Virus record (IMG/VR): IMGVR_UViG_3300032328_000237
Span: 1-26,763 of that record
Origin: a virus
Lineage: Duplodnaviria > Caudoviricetes
Length of the DNA stretch: 26,763 bases
Reading direction: 5' to 3' (one strand)
Shown: positions 15,514-24,544 of the stretch, one piece after another
Position numbering within the stretch: the first letter of the stretch is position 1
How the letters are laid out: each line of letters starts with the position of its first letter
Made by a program: the position numbers and the translations under genes
Notes under the pieces: model-generated
What the model saw: only the letters and a program-made list of their open reading frames with translations
Databases searched by the model: none
What the model was told of the DNA's origin: nothing

Positions 15514-18304
15514 CTAAAAATCCTTCCGCATTAATATGCCATACATTTAGGGATGGCAAGCTCATATGAGTGCCCTTAGCCATACGTTTCTTATCTAGCT
15601 TAGCTTTGGTTCGCCCACGTTTTAGGGAATCAGTTAGCCATTCGTAATTAATCTGACGCTCTGTGCACCACTTTCTCAGTGGGTTTGGGTATATAAACAG
15701 TAACTTTACGTCGTATTCGTAACGTGCCACAAACGTTAGTTTCGGCGTTGCATCAGGAATTATAAGATGGTCTATTAAGTCAGACGTGCGAGTAATACGA
15801 GAGTCCTCGGTGCTTTTAATACGTAAGATATTGTTGTAGTTCTCAGCCAAGAAGTTAGATAAGACACCCTCAGCATCAACATCCAAAGAATTAACCTGCT
15901 CCTTAATATTCTCGGTAAGGCTTTTAAGCCATTTAACTACAAGACCAATGTCGTAATTAATTAAGCCAACCTTTTTAGCAACCATTAAACCCATAATTCC
16001 ATCGGCTGCTAAAACTGAATGATACCGGTCTGCTGGATTAAAGCCACACAGCTTATCTAGTTTTTTCTGTGTTACCTTGTACATAGTTTTAATACCCTTA
16101 ATATCATTCATAATGTATTGCAGGTAGGGCAGATACGCATGCCCGTAGTTATTAGCCAAACGCTCACTAAGTATGTCGGTGTCTTCTTTCTCCAAACCTG
16201 GTACAGGCTTAGCCCGTACTTCTAACAGACGCATAGCCTCACCCTTGGGGATTGCTTTATACGCACTCATTTTCTCCATCAAAGACGCATTACCTGTGCT
16301 GACCGCATTCTGTTTCCAAGGTTCACCACGAACCCTTTCTTCATTACCATTTGCTGACATACGGTTTCTTTGTGAGCCAGATGTGTATTGGTAAACAAAG
16401 TCGCTAGTCTCTTTAGCAGATGCGTTGGTAACTTCATCCAAGGGTAGGAATATGTTTTTGTACTTCTCGGCACGGTTCATCTTTGACGCTGCCGTATCCG
16501 ACTCTTTCAGCACCAGCTTCTGTGGATTACCCCATATGCTTGCGCCAGCTACAAGAGCCGTAGTTTTACCAATACCTGATTCAGGACTATAAATATGGAA
16601 TAAACATCCCGCAACCGGAGTAAATTCGGAAAAGATTGAACCAAAAGCTAGCCCAATAGCAAACTGATGGATCTCCATGCCGGGTCTATTAAAGAAGTCC
16701 ATGGCTTCTTTCCACTCCTCAAACGAACCTTTTGAGGTAAACGCACTAAATAACTGTGACGTCGCTGCTGAGGGTGGGTTATGGTCGACTCGATCCGCAC
16801 AAACTTCTTTGTCTCCTACGACAAAAGCTTCACACTTTTCATCTGTCCAACCGAACTGTCTACGAGCTTTATCAGCTTTATTAGTAAATTGCAAATGATT
16901 AACCCAAGTTGTTACATATGACATAATTTCGTCCGTTTTTGAAATGGCTACACCTTTGGAAGACATATACTTTCTTAATTCGTCTTTAGAAGTAACAGCA
17001 GATAAGGGAACTGTAAACTCCCTAACCCCGTCTTGTGGCAGGTGCAATCGAACAACTACAGCTTCACCTACATCCGAGTCTTCTAAACGACGAGTTACGT
17101 ATAAGTCGTTGTGATAAATCATTACTTCGACTTCATCTTCTTCTTTAATTACTCGTTTAAAGATACCACCGTTCTTACCACGGAAGTATGGATCAGGATA
17201 TTTAGGGATGATGTAAGTCTGAGTATGCCCTTGATTTACGTAGGCTGGCGAATCCTCAACAATATTGTCCTCGTCTGTAGCCTCCTGTACTTCACGACCT
17301 AGCACTATAGGCGACTTGATTACACCTTTATGAGGGCATCCGTCGCATCCACCAGAGTTGTACTCTTCAAATTTAATACAGGTATAAGGACCTCCTTTGA
17401 TACCACGCACCTTACGATCAGCCATCATGGGACTGTATTCAGGGTGCCCACTAGATATTTTTTCTATGGCTACGTCAGCATCAATACAGAACTTAGCGAT
17501 AGATAGCCCTGCCCTCCACATTGGTTCAGACATGGTAGCCTGATGCTCAATAATGTATTTAAGCTGATTACATCCTTCACCCTTAACTGTCTTAAGCATG
17601 ATGGTCTTAAACCGATTTGTATAGTTTCCAAGCAGAGCTTTGGTAACTTCGTCCATCTCGCCACGAGGAATATATGACGGTCTGACTAGGACTGGTTCTC
17701 CTATAATATCTTTTAGTGTGTTGTACTCCAGTGGCTCACCAGGCTCACTAAGTAACTTAACCTCTCTAGGTTCGTCGTTCTTGTAATTTAACGTTCCTGG
17801 CACACGGAGAATCCGCACCGAATCTGCCGTTACAACGGGGTCGGCAAACAAGTCATGCTCGTCACAAAGCCGTTTTAGTTGCTCGGCTAGGGGTGTCCAT
17901 GTTTCACGTGAAACAGGTTCGGTTAGAGCCCAATAAGCATGCACACCACCACCAGAATTAACTAGTGAAGGTTTAGGTAGTTTTGTTGCTTTACAAAAAG
18001 CTTTTAACGCTACAAGTGCTTCTGCCTGTGTTTGATATGGCTTGTCTGGGCCGCAGTCTAAGTCGACATATAACGACTTAAGTTGTTTAACGTTTGCGGT
18101 TTTCCTAGACTTGCCGTCTTCAAACGTGGCTAGTGCGTAGTACGCATCATAGCCCTCGTCTTTTAAATTGTTAGCAACTTCTACTGCTTGATCAAGCGTT
18201 TTAAAGAACTTTTGTACTGGTTTGTCTGAGTTCTTTTTTAGCCCAACTATACAGTAGTATCCTTCGTCTCCTAGGACTTGCCGTAAAAATTCTAAATTGT
18301 TCAT
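15425..18304 (-). CDS. primase-helicase fusion: AEP (RepB-like) primase, Cys-rich domain, DUF927/AAA+-type helicase
   Basis: AEP motifs LYVDLD, SGGGVHAYW and RILRVPGT; QFGW; Walker A SGIGKTT; Walker B LPLDEV. Confidence 0.85.
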   Translation of the reverse strand: MNNLEFLRQVLGDEGYYCIVGLKKNSDKPVQKFFKTLDQAVEVANNLKDEGYDAYYALATFEDGKSRKTANVKQLKSLYVDLDCGPDKPYQTQAEALVALKAFCKATKLPKPSLVNSGGGVHAYWALTEPVSRETWTPLAEQLKRLCDEHDLFADPVVTADSVRILRVPGTLNYKNDEPREVKLLSEPGEPLEYNTLKDIIGEPVLVRPSYIPRGEMDEVTKALLGNYTNRFKTIMLKTVKGEGCNQLKYIIEHQATMSEPMWRAGLSIAKFCIDADVAIEKISSGHPEYSPMMADRKVRGIKGGPYTCIKFEEYNSGGCDGCPHKGVIKSPIVLGREVQEATDEDNIVEDSPAYVNQGHTQTYIIPKYPDPYFRGKNGGIFKRVIKEEDEVEVMIYHNDLYVTRRLEDSDVGEAVVVRLHLPQDGVREFTVPLSAVTSKDELRKYMSSKGVAISKTDEIMSYVTTWVNHLQFTNKADKARRQFGWTDEKCEAFVVGDKEVCADRVDHNPPSAATSQLFSAFTSKGSFEEWKEAMDFFNRPGMEIHQFAIGLAFGSIFSEFTPVAGCLFHIYSPESGIGKTTALVAGASIWGNPQKLVLKESDTAASKMNRAEKYKNIFLPLDEVTNASAKETSDFVYQYTSGSQRNRMSANGNEERVRGEPWKQNAVSTGNASLMEKMSAYKAIPKGEAMRLLEVRAKPVPGLEKEDTDILSERLANNYGHAYLPYLQYIMNDIKGIKTMYKVTQKKLDKLCGFNPADRYHSVLAADGIMGLMVAKKVGLINYDIGLVVKWLKSLTENIKEQVNSLDVDAEGVLSNFLAENYNNILRIKSTEDSRITRTSDLIDHLIIPDATPKLTFVARYEYDVKLLFIYPNPLRKWCTERQINYEWLTDSLKRGRTKAKLDKKRMAKGTHMSLPSLNVWHINAEGFLDDDREQALTAVAEHKAALEGDTTEGSSLP
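17900..17915. promoter_or_regulatory. parS: perfect parS palindrome (ParB-binding site) within the primase CDS
   Basis: TGTTTCACGTGAAACA is an exact match to the widespread bacterial chromosomal parS consensus; it encodes VSRET in the primase frame. Confidence 0.75.
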
Positions 18305-18322
18305 TAGCCACCCTTGTTAGGC

Positions 18323-18379
18323 GGGGTACTCGTGCGACATGTATGTGAAGCATGTCTAGTGTGAAATGCACTTTCCCCC
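18323..18379 (-). promoter_or_regulatory. structured RNA element in the primase-helicase 5' leader
   Basis: Nested stems GGGG/CCCC, GUGC/GCAC and GACAUG/CAUGUC, with a GAA/AGUA loop-E-like internal loop. Confidence 0.6.
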
Positions 18380-18391
18380 TTAAAACGTTAT

Positions 18392-19258
18392 TTAAGCATC
18401 ATCCCATTCACCAACTAAATCCTCTAATTTAGGCTCGGCAGTAACGGCTGCCTTCTTGGGTGCGGCTTTCTTTGGTTCTTCAATTTCCTCAGCTTCCGCT
18501 TTTGGTGCGGCTAGTGCAGGCTTTTTATCCTTAACACCATCGGTCTGTGCAACCGTCATGGTAATTGCGGAAACGGCTTCGGAAGAATCCTTCAAGGTTT
18601 GGATTACCTCAAATTCTTCTTCAGTCACTGGACGTACTGGTTTAAATATCAGCTTAGGTGTAGGGCTTGCTGTGTCAAACCGCATCTCAGTAACCACCCC
18701 CGTTATGGGTGTACCATGATTTTTCAGGTGGCGGGCGTAAGCCTGCAGTGGGAGTTTACCTTTCTCACCATCACCAAATACCGAAGTAGGTGGCAATACA
18801 AGTTGGTAAACTTCCTCTTTGTCAATCTCACCATCAAGAACAACGGCTAAGCGTTGTTGATAACGACAAGCACGACTATCACCTTGACCACTACCTTTGA
18901 TGTTTTGTGGACAATTCAAGCAGGTGGCTGATTGCTTTTCTTTGACCTTTTCATCAGGGCGTTGGCTGTCGGCTGACCAGCAAGTTGGGGACACGGTTTC
19001 GCCTTCTACATAAGTACCTGCGTAGAAAATCCGTGAAACTTTTGGTGCGGCTTTAATAATTACCACACTCATAGAGCGCTCTTCCGATACACGGTATTCT
19101 TTACCACCGATAAATTCACGGAATACACCACCTTTGATGCTAATACGACGTGCGCCTAAACCGCCTTCGCCTGTGCCTGCTAAAGCATTAGTTGCATCAT
19201 CGGCTGTACCTTTTAAATAGGCAGGTAAACCACCTTTAAATAATGTTAAATCACTCAT
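18392..19258 (-). CDS. putative single-stranded DNA-binding protein with four-Cys cluster
   Basis: Located in the replication module; Lys/Ala/Pro linker and acidic-aromatic tail EDLVGEWDDA; TCWS...TCLNC...RACR; AAGGAG RBS. Confidence 0.65.
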   Translation of the reverse strand: MSDLTLFKGGLPAYLKGTADDATNALAGTGEGGLGARRISIKGGVFREFIGGKEYRVSEERSMSVVIIKAAPKVSRIFYAGTYVEGETVSPTCWSADSQRPDEKVKEKQSATCLNCPQNIKGSGQGDSRACRYQQRLAVVLDGEIDKEEVYQLVLPPTSVFGDGEKGKLPLQAYARHLKNHGTPITGVVTEMRFDTASPTPKLIFKPVRPVTEEEFEVIQTLKDSSEAVSAITMTVAQTDGVKDKKPALAAPKAEAEEIEEPKKAAPKKAAVTAEPKLEDLVGEWDDA

Positions 19259-19270
19259 TTGACGTTCTCC

Positions 19271-19540
19271 TTAAATATCATCGTCAGGGTTAAAATTAAG
19301 TACTGCTTGCTTAGGGTCTTTATTTGTTACTGTGAGGCTCCCATCTGCTTCCTCTCTTACAAGTTCTCCGCCGTTTAGTCTTCGTAGGGCTGACTCGACT
19401 TCACTAATCTTGAAACGGTAAACACCGCCCAGTTTTAGCGAAGGGATTAAGTCCTGTCGAATCCATGCACGGACGGTTGATACCGAAAGCGAAAAGTGTT
19501 TAGCCACGTCCTCTATCGGCACAAACGGTTCATCCGACAT
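19271..19540 (-). CDS. excisionase/MerR-like helix-turn-helix DNA-binding protein
   Basis: IEDVAKHFSLSVSTVRAWIRQDLIPSLKLGGVYRF winged-HTH pattern; AAGGAGG RBS. Confidence 0.85.
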   Translation of the reverse strand: MSDEPFVPIEDVAKHFSLSVSTVRAWIRQDLIPSLKLGGVYRFKISEVESALRRLNGGELVREEADGSLTVTNKDPKQAVLNFNPDDDI

Positions 19541-19951
19541 TTAGTTCCTCCTTATAGTTACTGAATATTCAGCGTTTGAATTTAGCCCCGGTGGAAGCAG
19601 TTCAGGGTTCTCCTCTAAAAAAGCCCGCATATTGGTTTGTTGAAGCCGCTTCTCCAATAATTCAGGCACACCATGTTCAAGAATAAACTTGTGCATGGAT
19701 TCCCAATCAGAAGTTGAATACGTAGTCTTAACGGTACGATAAACAGTTCCTGAATTAGTTCTTAGACTCTCTACTCCAGAGTCTTTCATGTGTTGAAGAA
19801 TAGCCACTTTAACGGTTTTCATATCAGCTTCAATTTTACTGATCTGCTCTTCCATCTCGTGGACAACTTCATATTTTTTATCACGCATTTTGATGTAGAT
19901 GCGAGTGAGCTTTTCTAAGGGGGGCTCTACCCCTGTCTTGTTTTCTGACAT
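19541..19951 (-). CDS. phage replication-module protein (coiled coil plus DW...LPPG), function unknown
   Basis: Start moved to ATG 19951 (AGGAG RBS), giving 136 aa; first gene after the predicted promoter. Confidence 0.75.
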   Translation of the reverse strand: MSENKTGVEPPLEKLTRIYIKMRDKKYEVVHEMEEQISKIEADMKTVKVAILQHMKDSGVESLRTNSGTVYRTVKTTYSTSDWESMHKFILEHGVPELLEKRLQQTNMRAFLEENPELLPPGLNSNAEYSVTIRRN

Positions 19952-20009
19952 ACATTCTCCTGTTTTAAAATAATAACGGCTTGGTTTTATTCTCGTTATC
20001 GGTATTACT

Positions 20010-20038
20010 ACTGTACTACTAAACTTTATCTTTATCAA
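20010..20038 (-). promoter_or_regulatory. sigma70-type promoter for the HTH/SSB/primase operon
   Basis: TTGATA (20038-20033), 17-nt spacer, TACAGT (20015-20010); upstream of a ~50-nt leader and RBS. Confidence 0.6.
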
Positions 20039-21569
20039 GTAAGTTGTTATAAAGTTCAACTAATTTTGAATGATCTGTAATGCGGTTGTCAAGCATTTTA
20101 TATAGGTGTTTCTCCGCATTCGATCCTTGTAATCTTACGACTGTTACTGGATGCTTCTGTCCTGCTCGATGCGCACGTGCATTCGCTTGTGCGTATATTT
20201 CTAAACTAGGTGTTGGTCCCCACCAAACAATTGTATCGGCAGCGGTAAGTGTTACACCATGTGCCGCAGCTTGTGGTTGAATAATTAAAATACGTGGGTT
20301 TGGGCTTTCTTGAAAGCGTTTAAATATATCTGCACGATTAGAAGCAGTCACATCACCATTAATAATTTCTGTACTAAACCCATCATCAATTAGTTTTTTA
20401 GTTAGTATTTTAATTGTGTTTTTAAATGGTACAAATATTAAGATCTTTTGCTGTGTCTCGTCAGTTACTTCTCTTAACACCTTATAACGATTTTGAATAT
20501 CAAACTCCAAAGTCTCCCCTGAATCGGAATATACCGCACCGCAAGATATTTGTAGTAGTTTGCTTAATCCAACCGCAGCATTTACCGCAGTGACTTGCTC
20601 GCCCACCGCTTGCATAACCAAGCGTTTTCGTAGGGTATCGTAATATTTTTTCTGTTGCGCAGTAAGTTCGACTTCACGGGTTACATAAATTAACTCAGGC
20701 AAATCTAAGCACTCGTCCTTGGTAAATCGGATGGCTGGTTGTAAGGCTTCAAACACTACTTTATCTGCGTTGGGTTTATTGACCCACTTAAATTTGGATA
20801 TTTTATACATCACCATGTCTTTGAAGCTACCAAAGAAACGGGGTACATTTTTTGGATTAATTAATTTAGCCAAACCATAGGCGTCTACTGGCGATTGAGC
20901 CGCAGGGGTTCCCGTTAGCATCCATAACCATGTGTCAGGCTTGAGTAGCCGATTAAGGGTTTTCCAGCGAGCCGTCTGTGAGTTCTTGTAAGCGTTGGCT
21001 TCATCGACCACAATTAGGTCAAAATTACCATTAGTAATAGCCTCTTGAACAATCTCAACACCGTCATAGTTAATAATTACAAACTCAGTATCTGAATTAA
21101 TAATACGCTGACGTTTTTCTTTTGAACCATAAGCAATATCGACCGAACGATGCATAGCAAATTTAAATAGGTCTGCTCTCCATGCGCTATCCATAATCGA
21201 CAACGGGCATATGACAAGCACACGTTTTATCTTTTTCATCTTCATTAGATAGTCTGCCGCCCATATAACAGAACCTGTCTTGCCTGTACCTTGTTCGTTG
21301 AGGCAAAAGGCACGAGGATTTAAAGTTAAAAAAGACGAAGTAACTTTTTGATGGTCAAACGGTTTATGTAGTCCAGGCCAATCGTACTGTCCCATGATAG
21401 GTGATGGGATGTTTTTTATTTGTAGGTTTTTAAGAACCCGAGTTTCGTCTAAGCCCCATTTAACGGCGACTTGGTTTTCCCCAACCATCTTACTTTTGGG
21501 TATTAAAGTTGTAACTTTATTTGGATTACGAAGATTTAATAAAAGAACTTTGTTGTCTATTATTTCCAT
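20019..21569 (-). CDS. SNF2-family (SF2) helicase
   Basis: Motifs EQGTGKT, VVDEA, LTGTP, GVTLTAA and QANARAHRAGQ. Confidence 0.9.
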   Translation of the reverse strand: MEIIDNKVLLLNLRNPNKVTTLIPKSKMVGENQVAVKWGLDETRVLKNLQIKNIPSPIMGQYDWPGLHKPFDHQKVTSSFLTLNPRAFCLNEQGTGKTGSVIWAADYLMKMKKIKRVLVICPLSIMDSAWRADLFKFAMHRSVDIAYGSKEKRQRIINSDTEFVIINYDGVEIVQEAITNGNFDLIVVDEANAYKNSQTARWKTLNRLLKPDTWLWMLTGTPAAQSPVDAYGLAKLINPKNVPRFFGSFKDMVMYKISKFKWVNKPNADKVVFEALQPAIRFTKDECLDLPELIYVTREVELTAQQKKYYDTLRKRLVMQAVGEQVTAVNAAVGLSKLLQISCGAVYSDSGETLEFDIQNRYKVLREVTDETQQKILIFVPFKNTIKILTKKLIDDGFSTEIINGDVTASNRADIFKRFQESPNPRILIIQPQAAAHGVTLTAADTIVWWGPTPSLEIYAQANARAHRAGQKHPVTVVRLQGSNAEKHLYKMLDNRITDHSKLVELYNNLLDKDKV

Positions 21570-21884
21570 TTATTTCTTTTTTCTCTCACGTTTGCTAGTT
21601 TCCGACACTAGGTTACTTTTTTTGTCTCTTTTAAAAGATCTATTTTTTGATGGTGTTGTAATGTATGTGCCATCTTTATTTGTACCGCCTTTATCCATAG
21701 CTTTTTTATGGGCTATATCTTTACCTTCACGAGCATCGGCTTTACCGTTGCCGTTGTTATCAGGCATTTTTTTATCAACCGCACGTCTAGCACGTTGACG
21801 CTCCATGCGATTAGGGTGCTCGCTACGAGCCTTCTGTTGCTCGTATTCTTTAGCATATGGTCTTGGTTTATTTACGTATGGCAT
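21570..21884 (-). CDS. basic HNH-endonuclease-like protein
   Basis: DIAHKK...GGTN...NRS resembles a beta-beta-alpha-metal core; TAAATG coupling on both sides. Confidence 0.6.
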   Translation of the reverse strand: MPYVNKPRPYAKEYEQQKARSEHPNRMERQRARRAVDKKMPDNNGNGKADAREGKDIAHKKAMDKGGTNKDGTYITTPSKNRSFKRDKKSNLVSETSKRERKKK

Positions 21885-22553
21885 TTAATTTCTCCCATTA
21901 TGTGCACACTCAAGAACTAAACAGTGCTTCTTACAAAGCCCACTAGGACGAGGGTTCCATACATTATTTTCGTACGAAAACTTCATCCTGTTGTACTCAC
22001 TAATCCACTTATGCCACATCTTATCCTGATTTTCAAAAGAATACGAGTCCTTTATAAAATTTTTAGATACGACAAAAAGTAGCCCCGCCTTGACTTTTTT
22101 GACTTGGGGAAAGTGCTTAAATATGGCAAGTGCCATCAACTCTAGTTGATCGGTATCGGCATATTTGGCAGACTTTCCAGTCTTGTAATCAAGCACTCGT
22201 GCCTCTTCGCCGTTGATAACTAGTAAATCAGCAACACCCCGCCACCACATATTTGGATCTTTAAATCCGCATGCGTCAAGATTCTCTGTTAGCCCCATTT
22301 CATGCTCGCAATACTTATCACCATTTAACTGCTTTAAGTTATCTAAGGCGCTCTTTACAAAGTTAAACTGTGGTGGTAGTGGTACGTTATCCCGTACGTA
22401 GTGTTCCGCCGCCGAATGAAACTCTTTCCCGTACATAATAGCTTCCGTAGGAGGTTCTTTAACATCTTTAACCACCCGTAAATGATAGTACTTCTTGGGA
22501 CATTGATCGTAGAGCTTGATACTCGAGTACGACCAAGAGATTGATTTATTCAT
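21885..22553 (-). CDS. PD-(D/E)XK exonuclease, Cas4/RecB-like
   Basis: WSYSS...CPKKY, GVADLL, LDYKTGK, QLELMA and C-terminal CKKHC...C; start moved to ATG 22553. Confidence 0.88.
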   Translation of the reverse strand: MNKSISWSYSSIKLYDQCPKKYYHLRVVKDVKEPPTEAIMYGKEFHSAAEHYVRDNVPLPPQFNFVKSALDNLKQLNGDKYCEHEMGLTENLDACGFKDPNMWWRGVADLLVINGEEARVLDYKTGKSAKYADTDQLELMALAIFKHFPQVKKVKAGLLFVVSKNFIKDSYSFENQDKMWHKWISEYNRMKFSYENNVWNPRPSGLCKKHCLVLECAHNGRN

Positions 22554-22728
22554 TAATAGGAATCCATGTTTTAACCGCACCACTCATTAATCTAATTTCT
22601 ACTTGAGCATTCAGACAATGATCATAAGCATCTTGAAATTTGTTTGCCACTAACGCATCATGAGCCTTACGAATTTCCTGCATAGCATGTAAATAAAAAT
22701 TTGAATACTCCACTTTAGCACTCGCCAT
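22546..22728 (-). CDS. small helical hypothetical protein
   Basis: Fills the gap between polymerase and exonuclease, overlapping both; start uncertain (ATG 22728 or GTG 22713). Confidence 0.65.
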   Translation of the reverse strand: MASAKVEYSNFYLHAMQEIRKAHDALVANKFQDAYDHCLNAQVEIRLMSGAVKTWIPINE

Positions 22729-24544
22729 AATTCTTCCCATATCCTGATTCACAATTAACAGGCAAACCTTTAGCCCATGCGGGTGTCCAACGCATGCACT
22801 CCTCTACATAAACTTGAGCTTCCTTAGCCTCTTCTTCTTTGGCAATACAGGCAACCGCATCGTGTACGGTGAGTACAACGTTATATCTTTTTGAGATCTG
22901 TATCATTTGCTCGCCGATGATACAACGAGCGATAGCTTGGCATACGTTCTCGATCACCTTACCACCATAAATTTTATTCCAACCATACCGAGTTTTGTAT
23001 TGGTACTGTATACCCTTCTCATCCCGCACGGTTATTAGCCCATCATAACGTAATAACAAACCGCTTGGTAGTCGTATTGACCGCTCTTCTGGGACCAGCG
23101 CAAGTACACCATCACGCCCTAAACTTGTTGTACTGTCCTTAGTTAAAGCCTCTAGGGCCAATTGAGCTTCTCGCCACAACCTAACTACATTCGGGTACGT
23201 TTCTCGGTAGACTTGGATGATGTGCCTCGCTTCTTCATCCGTAACCTCAGTGCCAAATGTTTTAAGTTGCGCTTTGAATTTCGGAGCGCCCATCCCGTAC
23301 CCAGCACCCAAAATCGTCGTCTTGCCGACAAACCTTTCTTCCTTTGTGATTTCGCTAGTTCCCTTACCATATATAGCCGAAGCCATGATCTTGTATACGT
23401 CTTCTCCATTCTTAAAAGCCTCCACTAAGTCATTCTGTTCTGCAAGCCAAGCAAGCACCCGTGCTTCAATCTGTGCCGAGTCTGCGTCAATAATGACGTA
23501 ACCCTCAGGGGCTTCAATAGCTTTCTTTAGCTTACCTGCGTTGTCGCCACGTGAGGGAAGGTTCTGCAAATTAACACTGTCGCTACCACCCCACCGTCCT
23601 GTGTGAGCCGCATAGTATTTCAGGGGAACTGGCATCAACCCTCGTTTGGAAATACCGATAAATCGTTCTGTCCTAGTTTCTTCAAGCGTAGACTTTGTAC
23701 CAAGGCGAGCTGCTACCAACGCTTGCACTATCACATCAGGATGTTCAGCTAAAGCCTTGAACTCTTCGTCATTTTTGGCAAGCGCATAGGTTTCTTTACC
23801 TGTCGTTGGGCTAATCTTCATGGGCGGTTCTACACCCACAGATTTAAGTAGCTCGGCAAACTTCGGGTTACTAGCCAAAGACTCTTTATCAACCTTAGCC
23901 ACGTTAAGAAGTTGAGCCTTTTTCGCTTTGACCTCGTGTAGATGTTGCTCTAATAAGTTTAGGTTTAAATCTAGTTTCGGCTGACAGAACATACGCACAG
24001 TTAAATCAATCAGCTTCATCTCCGTCTTGGGGAAACCCTTTTTGAGCATGTCATGAAATAATTTATACGTGAGTTCTACGTCATTTACACAGTAGTCACC
24101 ATATCTATCAAGATCTTCGGGTGAGAAATCTTCACGGTTCTTCCCGGAAGCGGCAATAACTTCGTCTCCCTTAACACCTAGTTTGTATCTTTCGGCTAAG
24201 GCAGCTAGGCTGCTACTCACTTCGACACCATGTAACGCACGTCCCATAGACAGAGTATCCGCATAGGCTTTAGGGTGGATGTCAAATATCTCGTTGAGGA
24301 TAAAGCCATCAAACATCATGTTATGAGCAACTGCCATAGAGTCTGCCCAAGGGTAGGTATCTAACCAACTCTTAATTTGTTCGTGTGTGCCACTACCCCA
24401 TTCGGTCTCGCCATCGTTTACTTTAACGGCTACACCAATCACTTCAAAGCGATCACTACGCACGTACTCTTCTGTTGTCAGCTTTGATAGGCTGAAGGTA
24501 GACTTCTCATAGAAAGTTTCAAAGTCTATTGTTATCAGGTTCAC
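22715..24544 (-). CDS. polA: family A DNA polymerase with 3'-5' exonuclease domain
   Basis: ExoI DFET, ExoII AHNMMFD, ExoIII YCVND; HTGRWGG, NLQNLP, motif A DSAQIEAR, motif B GKTTILGAGYG, motif C VHDA. Likely GTG start at 24544 (GGGAG RBS). Confidence 0.95.
   Translation of the reverse strand: MNLITIDFETFYEKSTFSLSKLTTEEYVRSDRFEVIGVAVKVNDGETEWGSGTHEQIKSWLDTYPWADSMAVAHNMMFDGFILNEIFDIHPKAYADTLSMGRALHGVEVSSSLAALAERYKLGVKGDEVIAASGKNREDFSPEDLDRYGDYCVNDVELTYKLFHDMLKKGFPKTEMKLIDLTVRMFCQPKLDLNLNLLEQHLHEVKAKKAQLLNVAKVDKESLASNPKFAELLKSVGVEPPMKISPTTGKETYALAKNDEEFKALAEHPDVIVQALVAARLGTKSTLEETRTERFIGISKRGLMPVPLKYYAAHTGRWGGSDSVNLQNLPSRGDNAGKLKKAIEAPEGYVIIDADSAQIEARVLAWLAEQNDLVEAFKNGEDVYKIMASAIYGKGTSEITKEERFVGKTTILGAGYGMGAPKFKAQLKTFGTEVTDEEARHIIQVYRETYPNVVRLWREAQLALEALTKDSTTSLGRDGVLALVPEERSIRLPSGLLLRYDGLITVRDEKGIQYQYKTRYGWNKIYGGKVIENVCQAIARCIIGEQMIQISKRYNVVLTVHDAVACIAKEEEAKEAQVYVEECMRWTPAWAKGLPVNCESGYGKNYGEC

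Noticed and set aside
19271-19540. Xis-like HTH as proof of an integrating prophage
   Set aside because: No integrase, att site or host genes are present in the window, and this fold also serves as a transcription regulator.
19952-20059. Long N-terminal extension of the 172-aa ORF in the track
   Set aside because: It spans the promoter and leader; the strong RBS points to ATG 19951.
21885-22553. Cas4-like nuclease as evidence of a CRISPR system
   Set aside because: No repeat-spacer array or other cas genes are seen; stand-alone Cas4-like exonucleases are common in phage replication modules.
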